DNA from: Phoronis australis | Lineage: Eukaryota; Animalia; Phoronida | Direction: 5' to 3' | NCBI GenBank assembly: GCA_002633005.1 | Contig: NMRA01000720.1 | Coordinates: 96,727-160,726, forward strand | DNA length: 64,000 bases | Part shown: positions 38,001 through 49,122 of the stretch, piece by piece | Layout: every line of letters begins with the position of its first letter | How positions within the stretch are numbered: position 1 is the stretch's first letter | Translations under genes and position numbers: made by a program | The notes under the pieces: generated by a model | Told to the model about the DNA's origin: nothing | Databases searched by the model: none | The model's input: the letters and a program-made list of their open reading frames with translations, nothing else

Positions 38001-41000
38001 AAAAATCAGCTTTCTATAGGCAAGTGGTATACACCCAAAAAGACAGTTTCTTTGACAGATCACAGGTATGATGTGTCCCTCTCACTGAAACAAGTAAACA
38101 GTGCCACACAGTGTTTATTGCGGGGACTAAACTCAGAAGTAATGATGTTGATGCTTACGACCAACAGAAAAGTTACGAGGGTTGATATTGGTCTCCCATC
38201 GAGTGACAAACATGCCAAGCTCTCGGTCCTCATCTGAGTCAGTCAACAGACACGTGAAGTAACGGTAATGGAACTCTGTCGCCTGCTCATCAAGAGTGAG
38301 TTGTGTGTACCAGACTTCACTGCAATGAATATTCAGAAGTGAGTTGTGTGTGCCAGACTTCACTGCACTGAATATTCACAACTGAACATAGTATGAAATA
38401 CAGCACTGTGTACTAACTGTATAGCTCCAGATCCCGACAATATTCACCATTGAACACAGCATATTGGGACAGTATTGTGCATTGACTATATTGCTCCAGG
38501 TCATGTCAATTAGTATTCACCAATGAACATAGCATATTATACAGTATAGTGTATTAACTGTTAACAGACAGTATGGCTCCAGGACAATAAATATTCACCA
38601 CTGAACATAGCACTTTAGGCACTATTGTACATTAATCATATTGCTCCAGATCAAGGTAATGAATATTCACCACTGAACATAGCACTTTAGGCACTATTGT
38701 ACATTGATCATATTGCTCCAGATCAAGGTAATGAATATTCACCATTGAACATAGCATATTAAACAGTATCGCACATTAATCAAATTGTTCCATATCAAGA
38801 TAATACATATTCAACACTGAACATAACATACTACACAGCATTGTATATTAAATCATATTGCTCCAGATCAAGGTGACTAATATTCACCATTGAACATAGC
38901 ACATTCATCGAATTGTTCCCCATCAAAGCAGTTGAGAAGGAAAATGTAGAACGGGGTCATTGGTTGCTACATGTAAACTAAACGTGTAGAACGGGGTCAT
39001 TGGTTGCTACATGTAAACTAAACGTGTAGAACGGGGTCATTGGTTGCTACATGTAAACTAAACGTGTAGAANTGTGGAAAATTAAAAATAATATAGACTG
39101 GAATAATAACATTGATTACAAATTTGCGTAAAATGTAGTAACGGTAGATGGAAATAATAGGAAGTGCAAAATCTAATAATGATGTAGATGGGATTGGAAT
39201 AATAATGCAAAGAAGCATATTCTGTCTGACTTACCACCGCTATAAGTAATTGTTTCAAAGAAAAACTTTTAAATTGAAAACTAGCATAGTTAAATTATTG
39301 CAGTGGTGTATCCACACATGCCATAACATAGTACAGTGAAGTGGAATAAAGTGTCATTGCTAAAACAAAGACCATTCGTTTATTCAATAACTTTAAATGG
39401 AAGTCTATATAGATGTGTTTCAAACAGTATGCGTTATCATTTTACTCAAAAAAGAATGTGACATTCATACTAGGGATGCCAATGTCGACTAAGTCCAAAA
39501 ATTATAACAAGGAGGTAAAGATTTCAGCAGCAACGTCTAGTCTTCCACGAAGCCGACAGTCTGAATAAGGACAATAAAGTGTGTTGGTAAAAACGACTCG
39601 CATTCTTATCATACATATTCCTGACAGTCGAGCCTTTGTTTCTCTCAATCTCCTTGCACAACGTTCATAGTCAAAACCCTCGAAATGTGGTTAGTCAGAA
39701 TTTGACGTCAAAAAGTAGGTACATCCAAAATTTTACACGACCAGAAATTGAGATTTCTTGCAGAATTGCAAAACATTCGAGTGCACGACCACAACTACGT
39801 CCACCATCTTGAATGTCTAATTAGGTATAATAAACAAACCGATTCACGTGCCCTTTTCCATTTATTTGGACGGGAGAGCAAGTAGAAATGAATTTCAATA
39901 GATATCGACTGGATTGTCGAACGTTAGCTACTATGTCATTTTCAAGATTGTCACAGGTCCATTCTTCCTGTTCATAAAAACAATCTATTCTCAAGTTTGG
40001 AGCGAATTGTAAAAATGCTGATGTCCGATGTTGTCGGCAACTAGTTGGTACTTTGACTTTTTGATTCTAGGAACCTGGACTGAGTTGCATAAAGCTTCAA
40101 AAGGTATCCGCTGGATAAGTTTGATTGTTGCATGACGTCAGGTCCATTGTTCAACAATAACAACATGACGCGTGATAATGCGACGTCATTGTTGCTATAC
40201 AGCGTATAACTTTTATACAACTGGGTCCTGGTTCCTAGATTGATTGAAAGGTTCGGCACTGTTCATTAACTGCACGGGTATTCGCGCTTCGTCGACTTGC
40301 TGCGTTATCACCACAGTCCGTATCTATAGCTGGATTATTTGTCGTACCAGCATCTGAATCAATGTCGGTCTCTGGAACATCTCTCGGTTTGTAAAATAAT
40401 CCTCGAATTCTTTGGGTCTTTGCGCGGCAGACGACATGATTAAGTATGTAGAATGCGCATGTCAATAATGACGAAAACCGCAGATGACACTGGCTGTGCA
40501 AAATCCCGGAATTACTCCCCCGGAAACCCAAACTTCGGGGACAGACACAGTGAAGACTTGGTGCAGCTTGCCAGGTTTTCACAGGGTGCAATCATAAATA
40601 TTGGATCACCCAAAGAAAATCGTCGAAAGCGTTTTTATTCATATGTACGTTGACCTGCCGGTAACACTGGTCTGTGTCACGGGGCGCGCGGAATATTGAA
40701 AAATGCATTTTTTGTGCATTAATTTCATCATTTCTGAAATTACTGATGGCCTATTTCTTTGAGCAGTCAGCCGTTAATATTAAGAGAAGTGGTAATCATT
40801 TCATGCTTTTTAAATTTTGCCAACACTTTCTTAATTCTGACCGATCCCGTCGAACCTGTCCAAAATAACATTCTGGCCATCCAACAGAAAGCCGTTGCGT
40901 AAACCGTTGCGTAAACCGTTGCTTGGGAGTCCGATTATTTTACGCTTTGAAACGTACAGTTGAATTTTTTGGCGAATAAAATCTTTTAATGTGTATGGCA

Positions 41001-41903
41001 TGTGACTTCCGTGTGTAACGCGCAGTCGTATATAGCTCTTCTAAATTACGAAATCAGAACCTAGTGTCTCGTGGTCTAGAGGTTTAGAGCGAAGTCAGTC
41101 ACATTTTACGGCCAAGGTACGATACCCGGTGTCAATCGCTAAGTTTTGGAGTAACAAATTTGTAATGAATAAAACAAAAATTGAGAACTTGCTGAAACAA
41201 ATAATCGTGGAGAGTGGAAAAAAGTTAGAAAATTAATAAACGTAGAGACCCGAATAAGCATCGTATAGACCGGAAAACGAGTCGGAAAAAAATAATCGTA
41301 TATATACGACTATTCGGAACTCGAGAGTAACCCATAGGGAACGTTCAACTGTTTTTGCAGCTGAAAAATAAAACAATTTTGGAATAATTCTTAAATGAGA
41401 TCTATGACTTTCTTGAAGAATAGCTTTGACCATTGCCATAAAACAGAATCTGGTGTTTGTATTCCAAATCCACAACTCTCGCTGTTCTTTGCGAGATATT
41501 TGGTGACATCAAAGTAGTGCATGTCTTTACCAGTTAAGTAAACTCAGACAAATACTCTGCTATTTAACACGTGGGATTTGTCTCAGCGGTAGAGTGTTTG
41601 GCTGATACAGTGGAAATTGAGATTTTAAGCTCTGTAAAACTTACTTTTCTGGCCAAAACTACCTAAAGCATAGCTGGGACTGAAAATTAATAACACAACA
41701 CAACAGTAACTATGACAACAAATACATGTATGCATTCTTGTTATCAGTCTGGTCACTTACCGGTCAGTGGTAGTGAGATCTCTCTTGAGTTGTACCGCCT
41801 GGCTAGGCAGCCACTGACCTAACTGGGGAGTACTACCGGTCACACAGACCACCTCTTCGGGCTGGGTGTTCACCAACACTCGCAAACACACGTCCTGTAA
41901 CAT
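23032..41903 (-). CDS. GPCPD1: Glycerophosphocholine phosphodiesterase GPCPD1/GDE5 (CBM20 plus GDPD domain), ~658 aa, 16 coding exons
   Basis: Exons 41903-41761, 38319-38159, 36003-35971, 33420-33269, 31574-31500, 30879-30766, 30368-30212, 29908-29773, 29167-29113, 28524-28432, 26909-26783 (GC donor), 26532-26417, 25950-25814, 25268-25133, 24195-24035, 23212-23032; phases consistent, 1977 nt. Motifs VTGSTPQLGQW (CBM20), LDVGHRGMG, RENSIAS, VEFDVQLSKD, YHD, GFNIEVK, KQNKYPVLFLTQ, GLVLFCWG, GVDGVIYDRI. Confidence 0.95.
23775..24060. repeat. Degenerate ~60-bp tandem repeat derived from the end of GPCPD1 exon 15 plus its donor
   Basis: ACACCTGTCATAGATTACACCGTCAACACC (exon end plus donor) recurs at ~23844, ~23903, ~23963 and faintly at ~23779. 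Confidence 0.75.
24943..25115. repeat. 55-bp tandem repeat x3
   Basis: Units at 24943, 24998, 25053; ends about 17 bp from the exon-14 boundary (25133). Confidence 0.9.
27250..27418. repeat. 24-bp minisatellite, about 7 copies
   Basis: GTGAGTACAGGTGAGCATTGTGTG units. Confidence 0.9.
28136..28395. repeat. 21-bp minisatellite, about 12 copies, alternating A/G variants
   Basis: CACACCCTGTTACTAACACA(A/G) units. Confidence 0.9.
30047..30150 (-). mobile_element. Second copy of the L2/CR1-type 3' end
   Basis: Near-identical GAGGGTGGCCTCTTCAGTG..AGCACTGCTTTCCA..TCAACAA core and (ATTT)n tail as at ~3240-3295. Confidence 0.6.
33078..33299. repeat. 42-bp tandem repeat x5 containing the end of GPCPD1 exon 4 and its 5' splice site
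   Basis: Minus-strand unit ACCCCCATTGACTTGAAGTATAGACAG|GTAGGTATCTGGTGT; donor boundaries at 33269, 33227, 33185, 33143, 33101. Confidence 0.92.
33425..33702. repeat. Degenerate ~30-bp repeat abutting the exon-4 acceptor
   Basis: GATGAACAGTTACATAATTTGATCA-like units starting a few bases from the acceptor. Confidence 0.7.
34354..35438. repeat. 25-bp near-perfect satellite/VNTR, about 43 copies
   Basis: GACAGTTGTAGGTCAGGCAACTTGT; homogeneous core with variant units only at both edges. Confidence 0.97.
36696..38072. other. ~690-bp tandem duplication split by a single n (37375): likely unmerged haplotype overlap
   Basis: Two copies differ by SNPs and small indels; the junction falls exactly at the n. 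Confidence 0.75.
38349..38902. repeat. Degenerate ~65-bp minisatellite, about 8 copies, next to the exon-2 acceptor
   Basis: AATATTCACCATTGAACATAGCA...TTGCTCCAGATCAAGG units. Confidence 0.8.
38944..39071. repeat. 40-bp tandem repeat x3 ending at an n
   Basis: GTGTAGAACGGGGTCATTGGTTGCTACATGTAAACTAAAC; probably collapsed at a contig join. Confidence 0.9.
41064..41135 (+). mobile_element. Degenerate tRNA-derived SINE head
   Basis: TGGTCTAGAGG (A box) and GGTACGATACC (B-box-like). Confidence 0.3.
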
Positions 41904-42107
41904 CACAGCTGTTGGTCAGACTGGAAAAATAGAAAAATAGGATGATGGCCACATGTATATAGCTCTAATAGACTAGACAGAGCCATGGTAGGCTACATTT
42001 ACAATATTCAGGCACTTTTTAAGCTGACAGCAAGAACATTTCACCCGCAACTGATATGACCAGCTTGTCAAAATTCTAAAAGTTAATAAACCCACAATGC
42101 AAAAGCC

Positions 42108-42513
42108 AGTGAAACCACTTGCGATAATTTGTTGTGCTGTGTACGCAACCTCGTGAAAGAAAAACAGTTGATTGAAAAATCGGCGAAAAAAGAAAATGTA
42201 CTGGCCAATAGGCGACGCAATATTTCATGGCGCAGAAAACCGTCGCTAAATATCGCTCCACAGCTCTAGCCGCACAATATCAGAACACCATTTCTTCCAA
42301 CACTGTTATATAATCTAGTATTCATATCTTACGAACCGCGACTAATGGTGAAAAAATCATTCTTTGTTGAATGATGTTTAGGTAAAAAAAGGAAGAGTGT
42401 ACTTTTTAATGACACTAATTTTGTGTCAGATTTTATCTTACCACTTTACCTACATCGGCGCAAAGCAGTATAATCACTTACTAAGTTTACAGCTTTGTAC
42501 CAAGCCAAGGCTA
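42108..42513 (+). repeat. Diverged direct repeat, copy 1 (partner at 52551-52880)
   Basis: Collinear shared blocks: GTGAAACCA, GATAATTTGTTGTG, AACCTCGTGAAA, ACTGGCCAATAGG-GACGCAATATTTCATGGC, TAATGACACTAATTTTGT, ACATCGGCGC, TTTGTACCAA. Confidence 0.8.
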
Positions 42514-42922
42514 TAGTAGGGGGTTGTATGAAGCAGTATTTAAATATTTCCATACTTATCCAGATTTTGCTTTGAGTTCAAGCCTTGCCATAGAAACATG
42601 CACTGGCTGTGGTGACATGATTACTGGCTATAGTTAGTATAGTGGCCTACGGTAATAGTCGGATAACGACACTGCCTCTTGTGGACTACTACCGACAAAA
42701 AACTGAGCATCCTGAGAGTGAATGGTTCATTCTGATAGAGCATGCTTTTATACAAGGTTAATAATAATACCGACATACTTAGCACAAAGCCTACTTCTGC
42801 TTGACATAAGGGCATAAGGGTAAGGCTCGACCCATTGGCACAGTTTTGATCAATTGACAGCGGCGACATCTGTCGATGTCTATTCATGGAGTCTATGTCA
42901 GCCGAGCTAAGGCCCACTAACC

Positions 42923-42945
42923 CCACGTGACGTCATGTCACATGA
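42923..42945. promoter_or_regulatory. Composite E-box/CRE/E-box at the probable GPCPD1 promoter
   Basis: CCACGTGACGTCATGTCACATGA: CACGTG overlapping TGACGTCA, then TCACATGA. Lies in CpG-rich DNA about 1 kb upstream of the ATG exon. Confidence 0.45.
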
Positions 42946-43631
42946 AGGGGTGGATTTTCCCTAATCTTAGATTGTCTCAGGAAGAACTTTCTTTACATCG
43001 GTAGTGTCTTTCTTAACAAAGTCGAAAAACGATTGCAAGCTCAAACAATTTGCAACTCAATGAGTGTAGTCACGAACACGTCATAACGGCCCAGGACTCA
43101 ACGATCAAGTGGTCTGGTGAGTAAGCGCCCAAGCCAGTGCGTTCAAGACAAGTTTCCCGTCACTGAGATCAACACCGGGCCATGCCGTGATTGCTTACAC
43201 GAAAGTCACGCATTTCTAAAGATATGCGTGACTTTTCACCGCTCGTCCTTCGAACGGCTTTTACCCGTGGGGTCAAAGAGAGCGCGGCGCCAGAGTCAGT
43301 CGGGAAGTTAGTTGGGCGATGATCGCCTTGTCCGGTGCGGCGGCGAGCCATACCCGACCATAAACTGTAGTAAACAACCGTCTGCCTGTACAAACTGGCG
43401 GCGAATTTTCAAAATGCATTAACCAACAGTTTTAGTTAAATCTAATACCAGAGCTGTATGCAGATGGAAAAAACAACCGCGAGTTTGGTTTTCCGGATTT
43501 AAAAATCGATGATGAGCAAAAAAACTGCAAACATTGGGCTCCGTTGCGGAAGTAACAAGCGGCAGCCAAGCCAGCCCATGCTTGAGTGAGTAGCTCACTT
43601 ATCCGTGACGGTGCCATCAAGAAATTGACTT

Positions 43632-43796
43632 CAAGGGCGGATCCAGGACTTTGAGCCTAGGGGGGCCATGGCAGACTAGTTTTAGCAGGATTTTCAGACA
43701 TTTGCCATCCCCCATATCTGACAAAATGGTAAGCTCATTGCCGGGGACAATTTTAAGGGGGCATGGCCCCCTTGGCCCCCTCTAAATCCGCTACTG
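43632..43796. mobile_element. GC-rich MITE with a 5-bp target duplication (GACTT)
   Basis: GACTT|CAAGGGCGGATCCAG ... CTAAATCCGCTACTG|GACTT. Confidence 0.65.
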
Positions 43797-45810
43797 GACT
43801 TGTCGTGGAACTCGCTACATGCTGACCGCGCCGGACGGGGGAAAACTACATTTGGCAAATCTTTCACTGTACCAGTGCGCTAACAGCTCTGAGGCCGGCC
43901 GGGCTTTGCACGTGAGTCAGTGCCTGGATGAGAACTAGCTTGTGCGAAGCTCAGTGTTTGCCCCAAGACCCGACAGGTTATTGAGTGAATCCGCGGGACA
44001 TCGTCGGGCTTCAGTTGTCAGTGGCTGAACATGTTGGTGAGAAAGTAATTGTAAGCTCAAGTACAAAGTTGAAATTGAAGAAGTCTTGGAATTTTGCCAT
44101 GCTCTAGAGAAACTATCGAATGTGCGGGAGCATAGCGGATCGATAAGCCACGGACATTAGCCTAATTGTAAATCGATTACCGATAGTCACAGTTTGACTT
44201 CATGACCGGGATCCCAGAGAACGTTTGAGTGGGCGTCCAATGTTTTCTTTGGTGCCACAGTAGGCCTACTCCCCATCGGCCGGGGGTCGTCTGGCAGGGT
44301 TCGCTCTGGTGGGTGTGGTCAGGGGAGTCAAGAGAATGCCATTCAAAAATTGAGCTAGATCAACTGTTATGGTAAACCACTTCAAACTGCCTTGGATACC
44401 TACTACGTACGTAATCCACTGTATCAAAATTGCCACTGAGACTATGTCAGTGGTGGGGAGTAGGCCTATCAGCCAGACGGTTATAAACAAGGTAAAAATT
44501 GAGCTAGATCAATCCAAGAGGTAACCGCCTGAAACCAGACGCAAAATATTGAGCTCAGGTATCATGAACACTACCAGGCAAATCTAGTTGTGGGTTAGCC
44601 CCGCCAGATACGCCCAAATGCCTGAGTTGAACCAGATCAACCGAACAGGTAACCGCATGAAACAACTAGTAGTTGCAAAATATATTCGCTGGAAGCCCAG
44701 GTCTCAAGAGTAAATACTGCCGGACAAATGTAGTGGTGGGTTATCCCCGCCCATGCAGACAGGCCCAAATACATGAGCTGAGCTAGATCAACCCTCCAGA
44801 TAACCCTTTGAAACCAATTGCCCAATGTTCAGCATCACTGCACATGGCACAACAATAAGATGCCAGACAATTTCAGCGGTGGAGTGTTCCTGCCAGACGA
44901 CTATAGAAAGAGCTAAAATTTGAGGTAAATCAACCCAACAGGTAACCGCAAGACACCAGTTGCAAAATATTTTACGCAGGCCCATGTCTCACGAATAAAC
45001 TCATTGCGAGACACGAGGTCCAACCCCGACATATTGGTTAAAGATAGGATATAAATGGACAAGTACAAAATTGTTTCAGCTACTGGTGCTACCTACAATA
45101 GTAACTAAGTTAGTAATAATTTTGAATTTGCTTCTGATTCAAAGCGCTTCACGTGGAACCGGGCCGTACTCGGCCAATTTCTCCGAGTGCCGCTGTTTGG
45201 GTAGATGACGAAATCGTGCATACAATAAGAAGAGACTTTTTTATTCTACCACGCGCGTGGTGGCTACACTAAGTGTAACTGTTACAATGGAATCTAGAAG
45301 TAAATGTCTGTACCTAAGCTAGCGAAGACAGAGCTCCCAAAAAAGTAGTGCCAAGAAACAAAACGGCAGAAAATTGGGGTTTTATTATTCTGCTGTTTTG
45401 ATTTAATTTCAGTCATTTTCAAATTTTGAATTGAAAGTGATATCGTCAAACATGCAAATATGTTGTTCATCCAGTGTCCATTTTGACTGTGGATTGGTGG
45501 ATTGACATGCATGCACGTACTCGTGTAAGCGTTTCCGTTCAGTCTACGCTGACGGACTATCACTATAGGCAGTGGTAAAAAAAGACATTCAACTACTGTG
45601 TTTTCTTGCACCGAGAATACCCCCGTCAATGGTGCACAAACCTGCAGGCTTCATACGAGCTACAACTAGAAGGAAAAGATTTTCAAGGTTCCATGGCACT
45701 ATGACGAAGGATCAATACTCCGAAGGTCCAGTACTCCGAATGTCCATTACTCTGAATGTTCGCTACATTCTAAAATTCAGTACTTTGAATTTCCACTATT
45801 CCAACACCAG

Positions 45811-46205
45811 GGCCCGGTCCCTAATCTTTGTGATCGAAAAGAAATCGAAATTATTTTCTGCAATGATATTTCTCTGCTCCTTTTATGCCAACTCAAGATA
45901 AGTGGTTATCAGACTGTGCTGGAATAATTATAGTTCATGCATATGTGTTTCTAGTCCAAGTTTGTACTTGATGACCCTTATTGTCGTTAAATAAACTCAA
46001 GTAAAAACTCGAAATTTCGAGTTCAAACTTGAAATTTTAGCTTTAATGCTGGACTTATCAACTGCAAATTAGGATTAATAAATCATCCACGTAAGTCATT
46101 ATGTACTCAAGCATATAGAGTAATAGCCACTTATCTTGAGTTAGCAGAAAATTAGAGTAAAAAATGCCAAATATAATTTCAAGTAAATAGATTCGAGATT
46201 GGGCC
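45811..46205. mobile_element. PIF/Harbinger-type MITE
   Basis: CAG|GGCCC...GGGCC|CAG (3-bp CWG target duplication); internal inverted AACTCAAGATAAGTGG / CCACTTATCTTGAGTT. Confidence 0.65.
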
Positions 46206-46424
46206 CAGCGCTACGCGATCTTGACATGGATTTTAAGAATTGTCATGGTTGATAATTCATCAGCATTCCTACTTCGTATCATTTTAAATTGCAAGTGCAT
46301 ACATGTACTCATTTTAAGACATTCGGGCAATTTCGCATGCACTTGAAATCTGACCACTGTTTCTAGTTGTGCTAGCCATCTGGAGACGGTGGTCACTGTC
46401 TACATGAAATTGTTGAAAATGTTT

Positions 46425-46563
46425 CATGGGCGGCGCACCATAGGGGGCTGGGGGCTACAGCCCCCACATTTTGAGTGCTGTGCCGCACATGGTCTATAGG
46501 CGGTGAACCACGGGGAGCTGAGGGGGCTTTAGACCCCACTTTTTCAGTACTACGCAGCCCTTG
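46425..46563. mobile_element. Dimer of the ~70-bp GC-rich MITE with 5-bp TSD TGTTT
   Basis: TGTTT|CATGGGCGGCGCA ... GCAGCCCTTG|TGTTT. Confidence 0.65.
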
Positions 46564-48919
46564 TGTTTTAGTGCCCCGGGCGTTGTTTTCAGTATAGGTG
46601 CATCTAATAGCCGAAATATCGTTTGTTTTTGCATGTAAAAGTTGAAAAATAACAACTGAGTTTGAGAGTTTTGATATTTTTGGAGTAGAGAATCTTCGGA
46701 ACAGTGACTCTTCGAAGTTGTGAACCTTCAGAATAGTGAACCGCCGGAGTAGTAAACCTTCGAAATAGTGGGCTGTTCCCATTTGCAGCGATGTAGGCAA
46801 GCTAATAATTAAGTAACACCCTGAAATACATCCAGTTAAACAATTTTTCTCAAGTCATGCATTCGCCGACTAAACTTGACATTTCCGTCTGAGTATGCAA
46901 TGAGTTGTAATCACTCATTTAAGCATGGCTGTTTTGAAACTTTGGCAGGAAATAATGCGAGAATGTTCTCTTTCTGGACCACGTTAAGTCCCAATTTGTG
47001 TCCTGTTATTTGTGATCAACGGTCACAGCATCCTCATTTCTGGTATTACAAATTCCGTCTCATCTCATGAACATAGAGCTGAGAGTCATCGTTGGGTATA
47101 CAGAATTCCCTTCACTTTAATTAAGCTGCGTCAAAGGCCTTACCGAAAACTACAGTCGACGTTTGCAAAATACCAAAGGTCCAACGTTCTTGCTGGCTAC
47201 GGGCCTGAATAGGATGTATACATCTGAGTAGATAGATAGGGGTGTCCAATGAAAGTCGCCCCTGCATCGACCAAACCTCTGCATGCTACTGCCCCACCGC
47301 TAAAAAATGTCTGTAAAGTACCTTTTCTTGCTTGCAGAATGTTGCTTGATATTATGCAAATGGTTTCAAAAGGTTTCCTAGAGGGTAAATCTGGTCGAAC
47401 TCTGATATTTGATCGTGTGAGGCGGGGCTAATCCACAACCAGACTTCTCTCGCAATGTTTATTCATGATACATGGGCGTACTTAGAATATTTTGCTCGCG
47501 GTTTCATGCGGTTACCTGTTGGGTTGATTTACCTCAAATTTTAGCTCTTTCTATAGTCGTCTGGCAGGAACACTTCACCGCTTAAACTGTCTGGCATCTT
47601 ACTGCTGTCACGGTGCCATGTGCAGTGATGCTGAACATTGGGCAATTGGTTTCAAACGGTTATCTGGTGGGTTGATCTGCTCAACTCAGGTACTTGGGCG
47701 TGTCTGGCGGTGATGACCTACCACTAGATTTGTCTGGCAGAATTTGTTTTTGATACCTGAGCTTCCAGCGAATATTTTGCAATTGGTTTCATGCGGTTAC
47801 CCCTCGGGTTGATCTAGCTCAACTCAGGCATTTGGGCGCTTGTCTGACGGGGCTAACCCACCCCTAGATTTGTGTGGCAGTGTTTGTTAGTGATACATGG
47901 AGTTACGGTGATAATTTGCAATTGGTTTTAAGCGGTTACCTCTCGGGTTGATCTAGCTCAACTCGGATATTTGGCCATGTCTGGCGGGGCTCACGGTGAA
48001 TATTTTGCAACTAATTTCATGCGGTTACCTCTTGGATTGATCTACTGTAGCTCAATTTTTTTACCTTGTATATAACCGGCTGGCTGATACTCCTCACCAC
48101 TGAAATTGTCAGGCAGTGACCAGTTTTGATACAGTGGATGACGTAGTAGGTATCGAAGGCAGTTTGAAGTGGTTATCAGAAAAGTTGATCTAGCTCAATT
48201 TTTGAGTGCCATTGTTTTGGCTCCCCTGACCACACCCACCACAGCGAACCTGCCAGACGGCCATTTCCAAGCATCAGGATACCCATAGAACACTGTGGCA
48301 CCAAAGAAAATTGGTTACCTTTTCATGCCCAAAACAGCTCTGGGATCCCGGTCTATTATGCTCGCTTATAGGCGTTGAGTTGACAAAACCCTATTATGTT
48401 AGTGGACACGTTGTCTCGTGAGTCGGCATGCTTTCTTGTTCATTTCAGCTGCGTGGAAATCGTGTTAACTGACGTAACACTTGCCTAATGGTTATTTTGC
48501 CTTTGACAAGCCGTGACGTTATATACTTTATGAATTGGTTTCAGTTTGTTCCTTGCGTTCTATGTTCAGTTAAATCTGTTCAGAAGGAATTTAGCAACCA
48601 TGGCAGTCAGGGGGGGGGGGGCGTGATTATATGAAACGGGCGCTTTCTTCTATTGATTAGCGGCTTTTTACCACGATTGTAAAATTGGTCTTGGTTTTTC
48701 ACTCACGCAGGGTAGAGGGTATTTTTAGGTACAGGAAAGAACAGACGTTCGGGCTCCTTAGGTGACGTTTTGACCTGATAAAGTTCTGAGCCTGCATGGC
48801 CTCAGTTATATGGTGGATAGAACGTCATGATACGAGGGGGCGCATGGTATTTGCTACTCTTCCTCCCCAGAACACCAGCACACGCAAGTACAGAACCACA
48901 TTTACAGAACGGCAACATT

Positions 48920-49122
48920 CATGGGCGGCGCAGCACTGAAACAACTGGGGTTATAGCCCCCGATCCCCCCTGTGGTGTACCCGCCGCCCATGGGCAGCGC
49001 AGCACTGTAAATGAAGTGGGGGCCTAGACTCCCGTGGTGCACCGCCCATAGACTATGGGCGTCGCAGCACTGGAAAATTTGGGGCTATAGCCCCCTCAAC
49101 CCCTTACGCTGCGCGGCCCGTG
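48920..49122. mobile_element. Trimer of the ~70-bp GC-rich MITE with 5-bp TSD ACATT
   Basis: ACATT|CATGGGCGGCGCAGCACTG ... GCGGCCCGTG|ACATT; three related units. Confidence 0.65.

Larger units (their letters stand above)
45687..46780. mobile_element. Old TIR element with subterminal CACTAYTCCGAAGGT tandem motifs (Mutator-like MITE), nested in the foldback spacer
   Basis: Direct motif array at 45695-45805 and inverted array at 46680-46775. Degenerate flanks ATTTTCAA / ATTTGCAG. Confidence 0.5.
44204..48353. mobile_element. Foldback-type DNA transposon with ~0.8-0.9-kb inverted arms built of subrepeats
   Basis: Ends GACCGGGATCCCAGAG / CTCTGGGATCCCGGTC. Arms ~44204-45015 and ~47445-48353 are reverse complements, including a perfect run of about 65 bp (~44883-44950 vs ~47508-47574). 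Internal subrepeat TTGAGCTAGATCAACC..AGGTAACCGC. No transposase ORF seen. Confidence 0.8.

Noticed and set aside
36696-38072. Apparent recent 690-bp tandem duplication
   Set aside because: The junction falls on a single n and the differences are allele-level, so an assembly artefact is more likely.
39235-39239. 5-nt microexon (TTATAG|CGGTG|GTAAGT) in GPCPD1 intron 1
   Set aside because: It frameshifts the main isoform. It is in frame only with a hypothetical ATGGTGGAC first exon at ~39806 whose donor (GTAGTT) is weak.
41572-41630. tRNA gene
   Set aside because: Only a D-arm-like TCTCAGCGGTAGAG is present; no T-loop or acceptor stem. No intact tRNA or rRNA was seen in the window.
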